Assembly: GCF_006345805.1 (NCBI RefSeq)
Contig: NC_043005.1
Coordinates: forward strand, 71,052,001 to 71,116,000
DNA from: Octopus sinensis
Lineage: Eukaryota
Direction of reading: 5' to 3'
Length of the DNA: 64,000 bases
Within the stretch, counting starts at the first letter, position 1; the number at the start of each line of letters is the position of its first letter. Positions 49,951 to 63,000 of the stretch are shown here, piece after piece. Position numbers and translations under genes: made by a program. The notes under the pieces were generated by a model. That model was not told the origin of the DNA. It worked only from the letters and a program-made list of their open reading frames with translations, and ran no database searches.

Positions 49951-52467
49951 GGATTTTTTCCTTTTGATAGCCAGGTTTCAACACAATTTCTAGTTAACTA
50001 AACACTTTAAAACTTCGTATACTGGTAGAATGTCTTTATAAAACATCATTTTTTCTTGGCTTTATTGAGAAAATTCTTTATGTTGTAAAATATTTCGTCT
50101 GAAAATCCGAGTATTTTGGCAATTTTAACCAATCGATTACCTCCATTTAGGTAAACAACATTTGCTGCGTCTAAAACTGAGACAACATCCTGTAACTAAC
50201 CCTAACCCTAATTTTTTTTTCTTAATTGTTAAATTAATTTAATTGTTACTCGTGTAAAAAAACCCGAAAGCAATGGAAAGTGATTTAAACAATTAACAAT
50301 CAAAATCTTTATATATATAAAACTGAGAACGTTGTTTTGTCTGTCTGCGTGTTTCATTTAAACTTGAGAACTACACAACCAATTTCATTCAAATTTTACA
50401 CCTGCCTTACTTAGGGTCCATGTAGTTTCATGAGCAAAACAAATGTTCAACTTCTTGCCTAGAGCGAGTCCGTAGCAATATCATATCTTCTCCACTATTT
50501 CAGTATAACGTGTTAAAAGTGAAACAAAAACATTTCTCTATTTTATGTCAGATACTTTCACTTTAACAATAAAAATAATAATAACAATTGAATTATATGT
50601 AGTAAGTAATAATTAAAATCAAACTAAAGTATAATATAATCGTAACATAACAAAAGTAAAAATAGCAATTGGTATAAAATTGCATCAATGATTTGAACTT
50701 GAATAAGTGGTTTCACATGAATGGGAATATATTAAAAATAAAATTAGCGTGCAGAAATGGAATAGTCCAGATGGATAATAAAAAATTAAATTAAAGAAAA
50801 GACTATTGTCTATAAGGTATCTTCCTCTCAGATCGCTCCTTCCAAGTCCAAGTTAATGGTTCGCGGTCCGACGTCTCCAGTGCGAGCAGTGGCGTGCCTC
50901 AAGGTTCAGTGCTTGGGCCCTTGTTGTTCTTAGTCTTCATAAATGACTTGCCCGGCGACCTCACGCATCACACCCTTTTATTTGCCGACGATATCAAACT
51001 GGTCGCTCCTCGCGGTGATATAGAGGATCTTCGTCGATGCCTCCACCAAATTTGGAAGTGGTCTAACGATTGGGACCTGTGTCTGAACGTGTCAAAGTGC
51101 TGTCATCTGCCTGTTGGCTCTCCTCCTGCAACTCAACTTGATTTCGAGCCGGGTCGTCTGCTGCTGGAGAGGACCGATCAGGTAAAGGACCTGGGTATCT
51201 TGGTGGATTCCTCCTTTTCGCCTTCGGCCCAGTGCGTCCATGCTGCCAACAAAGCACGCGGAATTCTGTTCTTGATTCGACGGTCATTCGGAATGCTCAC
51301 AGCAGCCATATTCCTACCACTCTATGTCACGCTGGTGAGACCCATATTGGAGTATGGGATTCAAGCCTCTTCTCCTTATCTCCTCAAAGACATACAGCAT
51401 CTCGAAAGAGTCCAGAAGCTGGCTACCCGCATGGTTCATGGTCTCAAAAATTTGTCCTACGAAGAAAGGCTGAGGACGCTCGACCTTTATTCTCTTGAAC
51501 GCCGCCGCCGTGGTGATCTCATTCTCGCCCACAAGATCATAAGCGGAAAGTGTAACCTCTCGAAAGAGCTGTTCTTCACTCCTGCTCCAGAGCGTCGGCT
51601 GCGGGGTCATTCCGAAAAGCTCTACCTGCGACGATTTCATCTTAATCGAAGGAGAGGAGCTTTCTCCGTCCGGGTTGCGGATCCGTGGAACAAGCTGCCA
51701 GACGAGATGGTGAAGATGCCGACGACCGCGTTGTTCAAAGCCTCCCTGGACCTCAAGTGGCTTGAACTCTTTACATGAACACCACCCTGTACTTAACTCC
51801 ATGTCCCCCTACATGGCCTTACTATTTGCTTTTGAGCCAAATTAACTAACTTACTAACTAACTAACATGTAGAGAAAAAAGAAGATTTGAACACATGGAG
51901 GAAAGCACCTTCGAAAAGTGTCTTGGTGCGACTATGAAAGATATCTAATCAGAGGCGGTAAATTCGCCACAATAGAAGCAAGGTTCGAGTCAACGGAGCG
52001 TGCAAGGGAGTACTTGAATCGAACTTGCAAAGTGGAAATATTTTATTTTTACCTTTATATCTGGGACGTGCCGGATAAAATTTAAAAAATTTTAAATGCC
52101 ACCCCACCCCCCAGAAGTTGAGGTAGGCTGCGTTGTAGCCACACTTCTCTACAAGAGGGAGGACAAGATACAATTGATCGAAATTGCAAGAGACGGGCTT
52201 ACAATTCCAGTCTGTTACATATTTTGAGTATTGTTATCACTAGCGATATCAAGATATAACTTTGTATTTTGTATTTTATATGTAGATGTATATATATAGA
52301 TGTACATGTAATATGTACACACATATATATATATATATATATATATGCACATATATACATGCACTAGCACTATACGGAACGCGTGTGTATAAAATTATAG
52401 AATTATTTTAAAGTGTTTAGTTAACTAGAAATTGTGTTGAAATCTGGCTATCAAAAAGAAAAGATCC
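49951..52467. mobile_element. Non-autonomous TIR DNA transposon (~61-bp TIRs, apparent 8-bp TSD CAATAATA) carrying nested insertions
   Basis: 49952-50012 is ~95% the reverse complement of 52407-52467. Confidence 0.7.
50820..51866 (+). mobile_element. 5'-truncated CR1-clade LINE (RT C-terminal half, open frame)
   Basis: GVPQGSVLGPLLFLVFINDL, LFADDIKL, RPILEYG, LERVQKLATRM and RLRGHS, then a short 3' UTR ending in (ACTA)n. Confidence 0.9.
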
Positions 52468-53176
52468 CAATAATAATAATGATAATAACAATAACAACAA
52501 CATTGGAAAAATACTTTAGGAATGAGAATCCAGGTTCGAAATTTCCCCAAGACACCTGATGAAGGCTGGAGACAAATATCCATCAAATGAAAATAATGTA
52601 AATAATGTACATAATATAGAACTGTATTATTCCTTACTTGTTTGTTTCTCAGTTCAAAATTCTCTTTCTCCTTTCCAGTTATTTTATTAATTTTGATCAA
52701 CTCAAAGCGGTGGATTAGCAGAATTGTAAGCCTGACAAAATAACTTGTAATATTTATTCGGGCTCTTAAGGTTCAGTGTTAAAAATCTTACCGAGGTCAG
52801 CTTTTGTTCATTATTCTTCAGAAGTCGATAAGATAAAGTATAAGTCATGTGCCATTTGTCCAATTAACCGACATCTCCCACCCAACAAATTTGTGATTTT
52901 GTACCGCTGTTACAAACAATCATTTACACTTCTAGCCCTTCTACTTCTCCGTATTTTTCTTAGCCCGACATTCTTCCTAACTATGTATCTGCCCTATCTA
53001 TCTAACTATTCTTGTTGGTTTACTTATCTGATAAACTTAAAAGTTTGCAATCACTTCTCTGTCATTTATCCATTTTCGTTTTCTCGTAGACTCTACGGAC
53101 GCCATGCAGGCAACATTTCCAGCGGATTTGGCCCACCCAAACTGCAAACAACCAATACAAAAAAGGAACGCCTTGG

Positions 53177-53216
53177 ATCTGTTTTTTTATTACCCATGCG
53201 GGCCAACGTAGAGGGA
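53177..53216 (-). mobile_element. 40-bp insertion consisting of only the shared Tx1/SINE tail
   Basis: Sense TCCCTCTACGTTGGCCCGCATGGGTAATAAAAAAAC, flanked by direct repeats AACGCCTTGG (53167-53176 / 53217-53226). Confidence 0.7.
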
Positions 53217-53689
53217 AACGCCTTGGGTCAAACAAGACAAACTGTGGTGTCATGTAAAAGCTCACAACTTCTTTCACTTGAAGAGAATGCCACCCAACTT
53301 AATACAACTTAGCTTGGCTCTTTAGTACACATTTAACAGGGGTTTCACTCTGTGGCAATTATTCGGACAAGTCTCTTAGTTGAAGATGATTTAGTCGCAA
53401 GATACGCCGCTTTCCTTTATGAAGCACTACTAAATACAAATAGCAAATGGAAGTATTTTGTTAAAACACTTTCAGGCTGAACGAAGTACAGCAGCCTGAG
53501 AGTGTTTAAAACCAGTGTTTCCTAACTTAATTTTCCCCGGTCCAGCTATAGCTTTCCGGGAAAATGGATGCGCCACAGGTGTTTGGAAATAAAACATCTT
53601 TAAAAATATTTCATCATTAAATACTTTCCTTAAAGAAATATCCACTCTAGGGCATTAGAATAGTGCTACATTATTTTCTACTCTAGGTA

Positions 53690-54104
53690 CAAGGTCCGAA
53701 ATTTTGAGGGAGCGGAGCCAGTCGATTAAATCGACTCCAGTACGCAACTGGTACTGAATTTATCGACTCCGAAAGGTTGAAAGGCAAAATCGACCCCGGC
53801 GGAATTTAAACTCAGAATATAAAGAAAAACGAAATACCGCTGAGTATTTCACCCGGCGTGCTAACGTTTCTTATTTATTTATTGCCCAAAAGGGGCTAAA
53901 CATAGAGGGGACAAACAAGGACAGACAAACGGATTAAGTCGATTACATCGACCCCAGTGCGTAACTGGTAATTATTTAATCGACTCCGAAAGGATGAAAG
54001 GCAAAGTCGACCTCGGCGGAATTTGAACTCAGAACGTAGCGGCTGTCAAAACACCGCTAAGTATTCCGCCCGGCGTGCTAACGATTCTGCCAGCTCGCCG
54101 CCTT
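53690..54104 (-). mobile_element. Tx1-tailed SINE (53871-54104) joined into the head of a tail-less SINE (53690-53870)
   Basis: Tail GTCCCCTCTATGTTTAGCCCCTTTTGGGCAATAAATAAATAA is followed by GAAACGTTAGCACGCCGGG. Confidence 0.8.
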
Positions 54105-54391
54105 AATAACAACAACAATAATGATAATAATGATAATAATTATTATAATAATTATAATAATGATAATGATCCTTTCTAATTTTGTGCACTAGGCCAGCAA
54201 TTTTGATGCTAGTGGAAAGTCATTATATCGACGCGGTGCTTATTTTATCGATCTCAATAATATGCAACGCAAAGTCGACTAATACTATAAAATATATAAT
54301 ACGAGCATAACCGCGTTACAGAAAGACAGTTTACAGAATTTACAGGATTCTGCACTCATGAAAATCTTAGTGCATCGCCACTAATTTTAAG

Positions 54392-54428
<37 letters not shown>

Positions 54429-55059
54429 CGTTTGTGTGTACCTGCGTTTATAAGCGTGTGTGTGTCTGTGCCTTCGTATGTACGTTTGTGTGCATGCGCC
54501 TGTCTTTGTTTATGTGTGAATGTCAGTCGTTAATAATCCCTAATGCACTTGTAAAAACGCCATAGCTAGTGACAAAATTTTCCTAGAAAATGTCAAATTC
54601 GTTATTATATTGATAACAAGTCATGGGGACATTCGAAAAAATTTTATAATAAATCCTAACTAATGCCAAACTTTTTTCGAGAAAGTGTCAAATTCGTTAT
54701 TTTAGTGATTCAAAAGTCATTTGGATGATCTGAAAACGATTTTGTTCGTGTGTTTGAGAATTTTATTTTTGGATGCATCTTACACAAATTTTGTCAAAGC
54801 CAAGTCTGTTTTGAATAATTTCTTTGACACAACCATAACTAATTTGTATTACTTGTCTCTTCGTCAAAGCGTAGAGCTAGCAGAACCACTGCAAGTCGAA
54901 TAAAATGCTTAACGGCATTTCTTCAGATTCTTTACGTCATGAATTCAAATTCCGCCGAGGACGACTTCGCCTTTCATTCTTTCGTAAAAGTACCAGTCAA
55001 GTTTTGAGGGTTAGGGTAACCAACGTTCCTCCACCTTCATAAAATTTCTGGCATTGTTC

Positions 55060-55286
55060 TTTTATTCTTTTATTTGTTTCAGTCATTTGACTGCGGCCAA
55101 GCTGGAGCACCACCTTTAGTCGAGCAAATTGACACCAGGACTTATTCTTGGTAAGCCTATTACTTATTCTATCGGTGTGTTTTGTCGAACCGCTAATTTA
55201 CTGGGACGTAAACACGCCAGCATCGGTTGTCAAGCGATGTTGGGGGGACAAACACAGACACACAAACACATACATACATACATACA

Positions 55287-55347
<61 letters not shown>

Positions 55348-55480
55348 GACAGGCTTCTTTCAGTTTCCTTCTACCATAGCCAAATCCACTCACAAAGCTT
55401 TGGTCGGCCCGAGGTTATAGTAGAAGACACTTTCCCAAGGTGCCACGCAGTGGGACTGAACCCGGAACCATGTGGTTGGC
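55060..55480 (-). mobile_element. High-copy SINE (same family as 25550-25985)
   Basis: Colinear similarity. Confidence 0.85.
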
Positions 55481-55599
55481 AAGTTTTCGCGCCGATAAGC
55501 TACATCAGTTCGCGGATGTTCCACTTAGAGTACCGACGTGTAGTGCATGTTCGTCAGATTTGCGTTTTTGCTCAGCGTATCGAGGAGAGATACTGCATT

Positions 55600-56200
55600 A
55601 AGATTTTGCCAAAAGCTTGTTGATACACAAGTTCAAACCATTCAGCAGACCTTTGGTGATAAAGCCATAAGTAAAACTCGGATCAAGGTGTAGTACAACC
55701 GCTTCAAGCATAGCCGTACCTCAGTGGAGAGCGAGGCATGCTCAGACAGACCACCCACAAGCCGAAACGAGGAGCCGGTTGAGAAGGTTCGACAAAGAGT
55801 TATGGAAGGCTGTCGTGTCACAATCCAGAAAATTGCTCACGAAGTGAGAATAAACAAATGATCAGTACATTCTACAATATTTGCATTTGACGGATATTTG
55901 TCCTGATCAAATGTAAATAAAGTAAACATTGTACATAATTCCTGATCTCTCAAATATAGAACTGTATCAGTACATTTCTATTTTCACTGAGAATTTGTGC
56001 ATGCAGATAGTGTCGGCGAAAGTCGTCCCCAATGTGCTGGCGGATAAGCAAAATCAGCTCTGCATGAAAATCGTTCAGGATATGTTGGACTGCGCAAACC
56101 ACGACCAAGACTTCATGGAGACCATCATCACTGTTGATGAGACTTCGGTTTATGGTCTCTGTATGATGCGTTCGGCCATCTTGCATGAAAACGAAAATTC
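55600..56200 (+). pseudogene. Mariner transposase relic
   Basis: RTSVESEACSDRP, RVTIQKIA, SAKVVPNVL and METIITVDETSVY. Confidence 0.75.
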
Positions 56201-56255
56201 GACGTGTGCACACTTCACGTTTGTACGATAGGCGTAACAGCCGGAAACTGAGATA

Positions 56256-56298
<43 letters not shown>

Positions 56299-56388
56299 TC
56301 TAAATCTCTCTAAAGGAGACTACGGCAGCAGTAATGGGTGTTAATATTTAGCGCCAACCTAACATGGCAGTCCAGAGAAATAGGACGA

Positions 56389-56420
<32 letters not shown>

Positions 56421-56438
56421 TATATATATATTATATAT

Positions 56439-56512
<74 letters not shown>

Positions 56513-56544
56513 ACAGATACATACATACATACATATATACTTAC

Positions 56545-56575
<31 letters not shown>

Positions 56576-56654
56576 CATACATACATACATACATACATAC
56601 ATACGTACGTACGTACATACATGCATACATACAAACATTTAAAAATCTAGCCAC

Positions 56655-56830
56655 ATGTGAATCGTTGGCGATTTTCTTTCTCCGTCTTCCCTTCTTTTGG
56701 ACTTTCTTCTGTTTCCGAAGAAGAGCATCTGCTCGAAAGGTTAAACTATCTTTCCTTTCCTAAACGTCTGTTAATAATTACACGTACCACGTCTTTGCGT
56801 TGTTGATGTTTTTGTTTGTTCTTTTGGGAA
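56655..56830 (+). mobile_element. Second copy of the 24880-25060 hammerhead repeat (core mutated)
   Basis: GTTT CCGAAGA A GAGC ATCT GCTC GAAAG GTT AAAC at 56711-56746. Confidence 0.6.
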
Positions 56831-56832
56831 TT

Positions 56833-56872
<40 letters not shown>

Positions 56873-57733
56873 TGACACACAGCTCGAAGTCGTATGGTCC
56901 GGTGGTCTCGTGGCTAGAAGATGGTAGGGGTTCACCCCCTTGCTTGTAATATAAATCGACTGTAGATCGTAGCGAACAACCAGCCGGAGTAGGCGTCCTC
57001 CTGAGGTTAAAATGGTAGTAATGCCAGTTCTTACGGAACAGCCATATCTAAGTGGCGATAAACATCACACACGCACGCACACACACACATGTGTATGTAT
57101 ATATATTTATATACCAATAGGCAGATAGATTGATAAATATGTATGTATCATGTACTAGATAGGTAATCTAGGTTGATAGTTATATCAATTATTATATATT
57201 AAGCGTAAATTTAATGCATGCATTTCATCGCATAATTCAGTAAAGGGTCAATATATTGTTATTGGACAGGCAGTTTTCTCGTACATTCCAACATCCATCT
57301 ATAATCTAATTGACAACGACATTAGATTTATTTGCCGTGAGTAATAGTTACATGAAGACGGAGTAATTGCTGCCTTCTTTTAATTCAGTATCATTATAGT
57401 GTGAACAGAGTGCGAGTGCCTCTATCGAGTGATCAGGCAATTTTTCAGACATATATTTTATTTCATATCAGTGCAAAAAAAAAAAAAAAAAAAAAAAAAA
57501 GTAATAATTATTTCCAATTTAGGTACAAGGCTAGTGATTTTGAGGGAGGAGAATAATGGATACCAGCAGCCCAAGACCTTCAATGCATTATATTTTATTG
57601 ATCCTGAAAGGATGAAGAAATTATACATTATATGTGTGTGTGTTAGAGTAAATGCAGCTGTATTAATAAAACGGACATATATATAGCTATTATGAGGTGT
57701 GCGTGAGCATATAAGGATGTATGTATGGATGGA

Positions 57734-57778
<45 letters not shown>

Positions 57779-57779
57779 T

Positions 57780-57814
<35 letters not shown>

Positions 57815-57949
57815 TATCATTATTGAAAACAGTTTGATTCGTACAGAAGCCTAGCTCATTCAGACTCGTTCGGTAATCTGAGCCCGAACGAGCCGAATCA
57901 AAATGCTTTCAGCAACATATGTGTGTGAATACGTGCATACATACATACA

Positions 57950-58270
57950 GTGAGGGCGCGTGGCTTAGTGGTTAGGGCATTCGGCTCATGATCGTAAGGT
58001 TGTGAGTTCGATTCCCGGCGACGCGTTGTGTCCTTGAGCAAGACACTTTATTTCACGTTGCTCCAGTCCACTCAGCTGGCAAAAATGAGTTGTACTTGTA
58101 CTTCAAAGGGTCAGCCTTGTCACTCTCTGTGTCACGCTGATTATCCCCGAGAACTACGTTAAGGGTACACGTGTCTGTGGAATGCTCAGCCATTTGCACG
58201 TTAATTTCACGAGCAAGCTGTTCCGTTGATCGTATCAGCTGGGACCCTCGTCGTCGTAACCGGCGGAGTC
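57950..58270 (+). mobile_element. tRNA-derived SINE combining the CTTGAGCAAGACAC domain with the Nin-like 3' domain
   Basis: 5' part resembles the 38042 family; 3' part resembles the 21658 family. Confidence 0.75.
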
Positions 58271-58362
58271 TTTAAAACATACATACATACATACATACAC
58301 TTCGCGCATACACATACCATTAATGCTACACCGTGTTGTGTAAATTGCTCCTTCAGAAATAT

Positions 58363-59190
58363 ATACGAAGGTTCCCGGGTTTGGGTAAAAGAAAATATAG
58401 GAGGAATACTTAATTATGATTTTATCCAACATGTTTTGCTCTCAGATTCACAAACCTGTAGCAGCGGTACTTCAGTTTTTCTAAACCCTGTAAAAACAGG
58501 ACACCACGGCTCAAATTTCCACTGCGTTTCTACTTCAATGTTTGATGCAGTTCTTCTAACAGAGGCCATGGAGTATTCTGCGTTGATGGTGCGACTCTTT
58601 AACAGGTATCGTATGAGAATTACTCCGTCTTTGTCCCAGAATCTTTCCAGCTGACTTCTGGATCTGAAATTTCTTGGGTCGCGCTGAACCACTGTGGCAC
58701 CACTCCATTGTCTGCTGCTTAGTTTGAGGATCATAATAATGAAACCAAGTTTCATCTATGGTGGCTCAACGATCCATGAAATCGGCCTCTTCTGCTGCAG
58801 CCAGGCCAAAATCGCTTTTGATGTCGTCGCTCTGCATTCAGGCATTGCGACACCCATTTCGCAGAAAGCTTTCTCATGTCCAGAATATTGGGAATTATGT
58901 AGCCAACTCTTTCGTGGAAAATCCTCAGTCTCACCTACGACCTTTAGCTGAAATCCAGTAGTCCTCGAGAATCACGATGTGCACAGCGTCGGCTTTGTCC
59001 TCTGTGGTCGCAGAAGCCAGTCGTTCTGGCCAGGTTCATCTGCAACATCGAAATGGCAAGTCCGAAACCTTGACACTCAAATTTTCACTATGGAGCATGA
59101 TGGATTTCTGCTGCTTCTTTACCTTGTAAAAAGAGGAACTTCATGATCGCTCGTGCTTCAATTTTACTAAAATTCACTGTACGAGGTGCC
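58363..59190 (-). pseudogene. Mariner transposase relic
   Basis: MRKLSAKWVSQCL and FWDKDGVILIRYL..RTINAEY. Confidence 0.75.
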
Positions 59191-59224
59191 AATATGCGTT
59201 AAATCTGCAAAAAAGAGAAAGATA

Positions 59225-59388
59225 TAGGTGCAGGAGTGACTGTGTGGTAAGTAGCTTGCTTACTAACCACATGGTTTCGGGTTCAGCCTCACTGCCTGGC
59301 ACCTTGGGCAAGTGTTTTCTACTATCGCCTCGGGCCGACCAAAGCCTTGTGAGTGGATTTGCTAGACGGAAACTGAAGGAAGCTTGTC

Positions 59389-59438
<50 letters not shown>

Positions 59439-59625
59439 GTCCCATCGCTGACAACCGATGTTGGTGTGTTTATGTCCCTGTAATTTACCGGTTCGGCAAA
59501 AGAGACCGATAGAATAAATACTAGGCTTACAGAGAATAAGTCCTGGGGGTCGATTTGTTCAACTAAAGGCGATGCTCCAGCATGGCCGCAATCAAATGAC
59601 TGAAACAAACAAAAGAATAAAAGAA
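59225..59625 (+). mobile_element. High-copy SINE (same family as 25550-25985)
   Basis: Colinear similarity. Confidence 0.85.
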
Positions 59626-59810
59626 CGTATTGTATACCGTCATGAGGTTTTGCATATCTTCTCCTGAATAGTTGTCCAGTCTCCCTCGTAAAGGCAGCTC
59701 TACCCTTTCGCGATAACTTTAAAGCACCCCGTCGAATATATCCGTGGAGTGACGGATTAAAACTGACTAAATGGTGATGCAATACTATAAATACTGAGTA
59801 AAAGTATGTT

Positions 59811-60036
59811 TGTTTCTTTATTACCCACAGAAGGGCTAAACACACAGAGGACAAACAAGGACAGACAAACGGATTAAGTCGATTACATAGACCCTAGTGC
59901 GTAACTGGTACTTAATTTATCGACCCCGAAAGGATGAAAGGCAAAATCGACCTCGGCGGAATTTGAACTCAGAACGTAACGGCAGACGAAATACGGCTAC
60001 GCATTTCGCCCGGCGTTTCTGCCAGCTCGCCGCCTT
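59811..60036 (-). mobile_element. Full-length Tx1-tailed SINE
   Basis: Head AAGGCGGCGAGCTGGCAG and tail TTTAGCCCTTCTGTGGGTAATAAAGAAAC. Confidence 0.85.
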
Positions 60037-60539
60037 ACACCGTCGTATATATCAGTGGAGTGATGGATCAAAAATGATTAAATTGTGATGCAATCCTATA
60101 AACACTGAGTGAAAGTATGTCGAGTACGAAAGTATTTATGTTGGCAAAAACGCTGACTAAATAACTTATACTTTTTCTACTTGAAGAAAGGCTGAAAAGA
60201 ACATTTCTTTCAAATTGCATTGTGCTATTGTCTTATTTGTTCTAATTCCGTATCGCCAAGAGATTTTACATTTTATTAAAAGTTGGTATTTGTGACTTTA
60301 TGGGGATAACATTTACGACAAGCAAACTTCTCCGCCATTTACTTAAAGTATCCTATGAGAGATTTTTCACAAATAAAACCAGATACTAATATCAGATAAA
60401 AATGTACGTTTATCAATCGACGAAATTAGCACAAATCACTCAGCATCCAATTTAAAAGAAATATTGTTTTCTGTCATTTTCAGCAGCAACAATATCAATT
60501 ATTTATTTACTCAGTACATTTGCCAACAGACATCATGGC

Positions 60540-63000
60540 GTATTTTGTTCGTTCAATATTTTTAGTATTGCTCTACTGTTTAGTCGCGTTTGACCCGTTG
60601 TATTCCTTAAATATGCCTTCATTTATCTGAGGTCGCTAAAAGAGCGTCATGCGGGACACAAAATTAAGGCTGGCAGTACGCCATGGATATCGTGCTTGTA
60701 AATAGATTGAACAATATCAGTTGAAGTTGTCAGAGAACTTAATGGATGCGAATGTTTCGTGACAAAATTTGCGTAAATTGCCTTTTTCTGCATTTAAGAA
60801 ATCCAAATCGGCACCGTAATGTGATGCGACAAGTTAATATAGCTCACTTGAGTTTATATGACGCGTCAGCATTTCGGATAATATAGCCGAAGTATGTGTT
60901 TGTAATTACCATTAAATATTGGTTCTTTTTCTACAATAACCTCATCCAAATTAATAAGTATGTAGATATACGATGGCAGTCTTTGAGTTCGAGCCAATGG
61001 TACTTATAGAAAGTCACTTGCCAGAGCTTGCACTCGTCGAGGTACTTTCTCTTTCGTTTTGTATTCTCTGTTAGTGTCTTGCTTCCTTGGAAGAGAATGA
61101 TGGCCCTTAAATGATTTCTCAGAAATTTTCACTAAACCTTTCAACACATTTCTAGACGCTTAAAGCTTTAATTTTCTAAATTAAGTAAGAATTTTCTTCA
61201 TTGCTTTAACTGTTCGAATATTTATACGATCTACAGTCTTTCCCTGTAAGTATTTCTTGGAGTTGTTTTTGTTTGGCACTTATTTTCAGCACAGCCAATT
61301 TAATTAAGTCAAAATTGCATATGACAATTATAAATGCTCTGCCATCAACCTATATTTTGGTGTCCTCATCAGCTGTCAATTCAACCAATGTCACTACGAC
61401 ATGAATTGTTCCGTCACAGCTATTAATTGATGCGTCATAACACTTCCTAATTTGTTCTCTGTCGATTGAAATGCTTTCCAAGAGCGCATGTTGTTTGGAC
61501 TCTAAAAATTTGCAGAGGTTCTTCATAGTTCCCATGGCTTTACGAAGTGTGTCAATTCCTGTCATTATATTTTGGATAACAAGATTTAGGATGGTGCCCA
61601 TTACACTAAATGTAGATGGTAAACGTAGAACAAACACTGCTTTATACTTGCAATGAAACCTCTATGAATCTCTCTATATATAAAGCTGAAGTTGTCTGTG
61701 CATGGCAGGTTTGGTAGCCTTCAACTAACACTAACTCCTCCGAGACCCTGCGGCGCAAGTTGACCAAAATTGAGAGTATGGATTGCTCTTCCTTCCGTAG
61801 AAGAAAAAATTCAAATCGGACCATGTTAAGACAAAAAATTATTTACATCAGATTTCTATGAAAATCCCTTTTTTTTACGATTTTTTGACTGCTGTGTCGC
61901 CATTTTTCAGTGTATTTCAACCAGAAAAGTCTTAACTTAAAGAGAATAACAAGCTACATAATGCAAAATTTTTACTTTTCAAAAATTTCAATTCTAAGGG
62001 GTCGAAACAAACCCGAGCAACGCCGGGCGATACTGCTAGTATCATTATATTTGCTGCGCCATCAAAACATTTTTAATATTTTGACCAGCATCAGCTAGAG
62101 TTTCCTGGTTACATTTTTACTTCCTCGTTGAGAACACCTCTTTTAGCTGAAGGCATTGCACGAAGTTTGATGAAAGTCTCTCTGATATCTTGACGTACTC
62201 AACCCTGTCAACGTCTGATGCTTCATTAACGATCATGGAATATCATGAGTCCTCTTCACGCCATTTGTTATGATGCCTAAACAAGAGCCTCTATATCATG
62301 ACTTTAATCTCCTCTGCATTCGTTCATCTAAATTTCTGTTCAGATTTCTACCTCATTAAGGAATATTCTTGAACTGAAGATAAAGAATATTCAAAAAGGA
62401 AATTACTACGAATAATACCCCCACTGATGCCCTCTGCATTATCTCATTGAGCAATATTTTGCTGTTCAGCAAAGTGGCGAGCTAGCAGAGTCGTAACCAC
62501 GCCGGAAAAATGCTTAGCGTTATTTCTGAGCTTCAATGCAGCCGGGGTCGACTTTACCTTTAATACTTTCGGGTTCGGTAAAATAAAATTCCAGTTGAAC
62601 ACTAGGGTCGATGTAATCGACTTATCCCCCCCACCCCCACCACGAAATTACCGGCCTTGTGCAAAAGTTTGGAATCGATATTTTATTGTTCAGGGGACAA
62701 CAGCTGTTCGATAATAATCCTCAAATACTCTTGACTCCGCTCTATTTGCTACTTTTGTATAGTATTTTGTTGGCCACGGAAGTTATGTTTATGTCTTCTA
62801 TGAACACAATAGACAACACGAAACGACATTTTACAATGTCACAGGCAAACAAACGATAAGACATTCACTGCTGATATCTGACTAACTAGATTCTTTACTA
62901 ATTCCTTTGTTGCTGCATCGAAATGCATCGAAATTGGCCGAGTTGATTCAGTAATTACTGCCGTCTTTGCGAAGGCAGAAGTATTATTTTTAGTCGTGTT
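60540..63000 (-). pseudogene. Decayed hAT transposase with nested Helitron, SINE and HINE insertions
   Basis: SMIVNEASDV, CFDGAANI, ILNLVIQN and the dimerisation-domain-like RSFSDLR.MKAYLRNTTGQTRLNS. Confidence 0.65.
61669..62039 (+). mobile_element. Non-autonomous Helitron
   Basis: 5' TC to 3' CCCGAGCAACGCCGGGCGATACTGCTAG, inserted between A and T. Confidence 0.75.

Larger units (their letters stand above)
49845..52630 (+). mobile_element. Third copy of the tRNA-headed hammerhead SINE, split by a TIR element
   Basis: Head at 49845-49950 and remainder (TTAGGAATGAGAATCC..CCTGATGAAGGCTGG) at 52468-52630. Confidence 0.65.
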
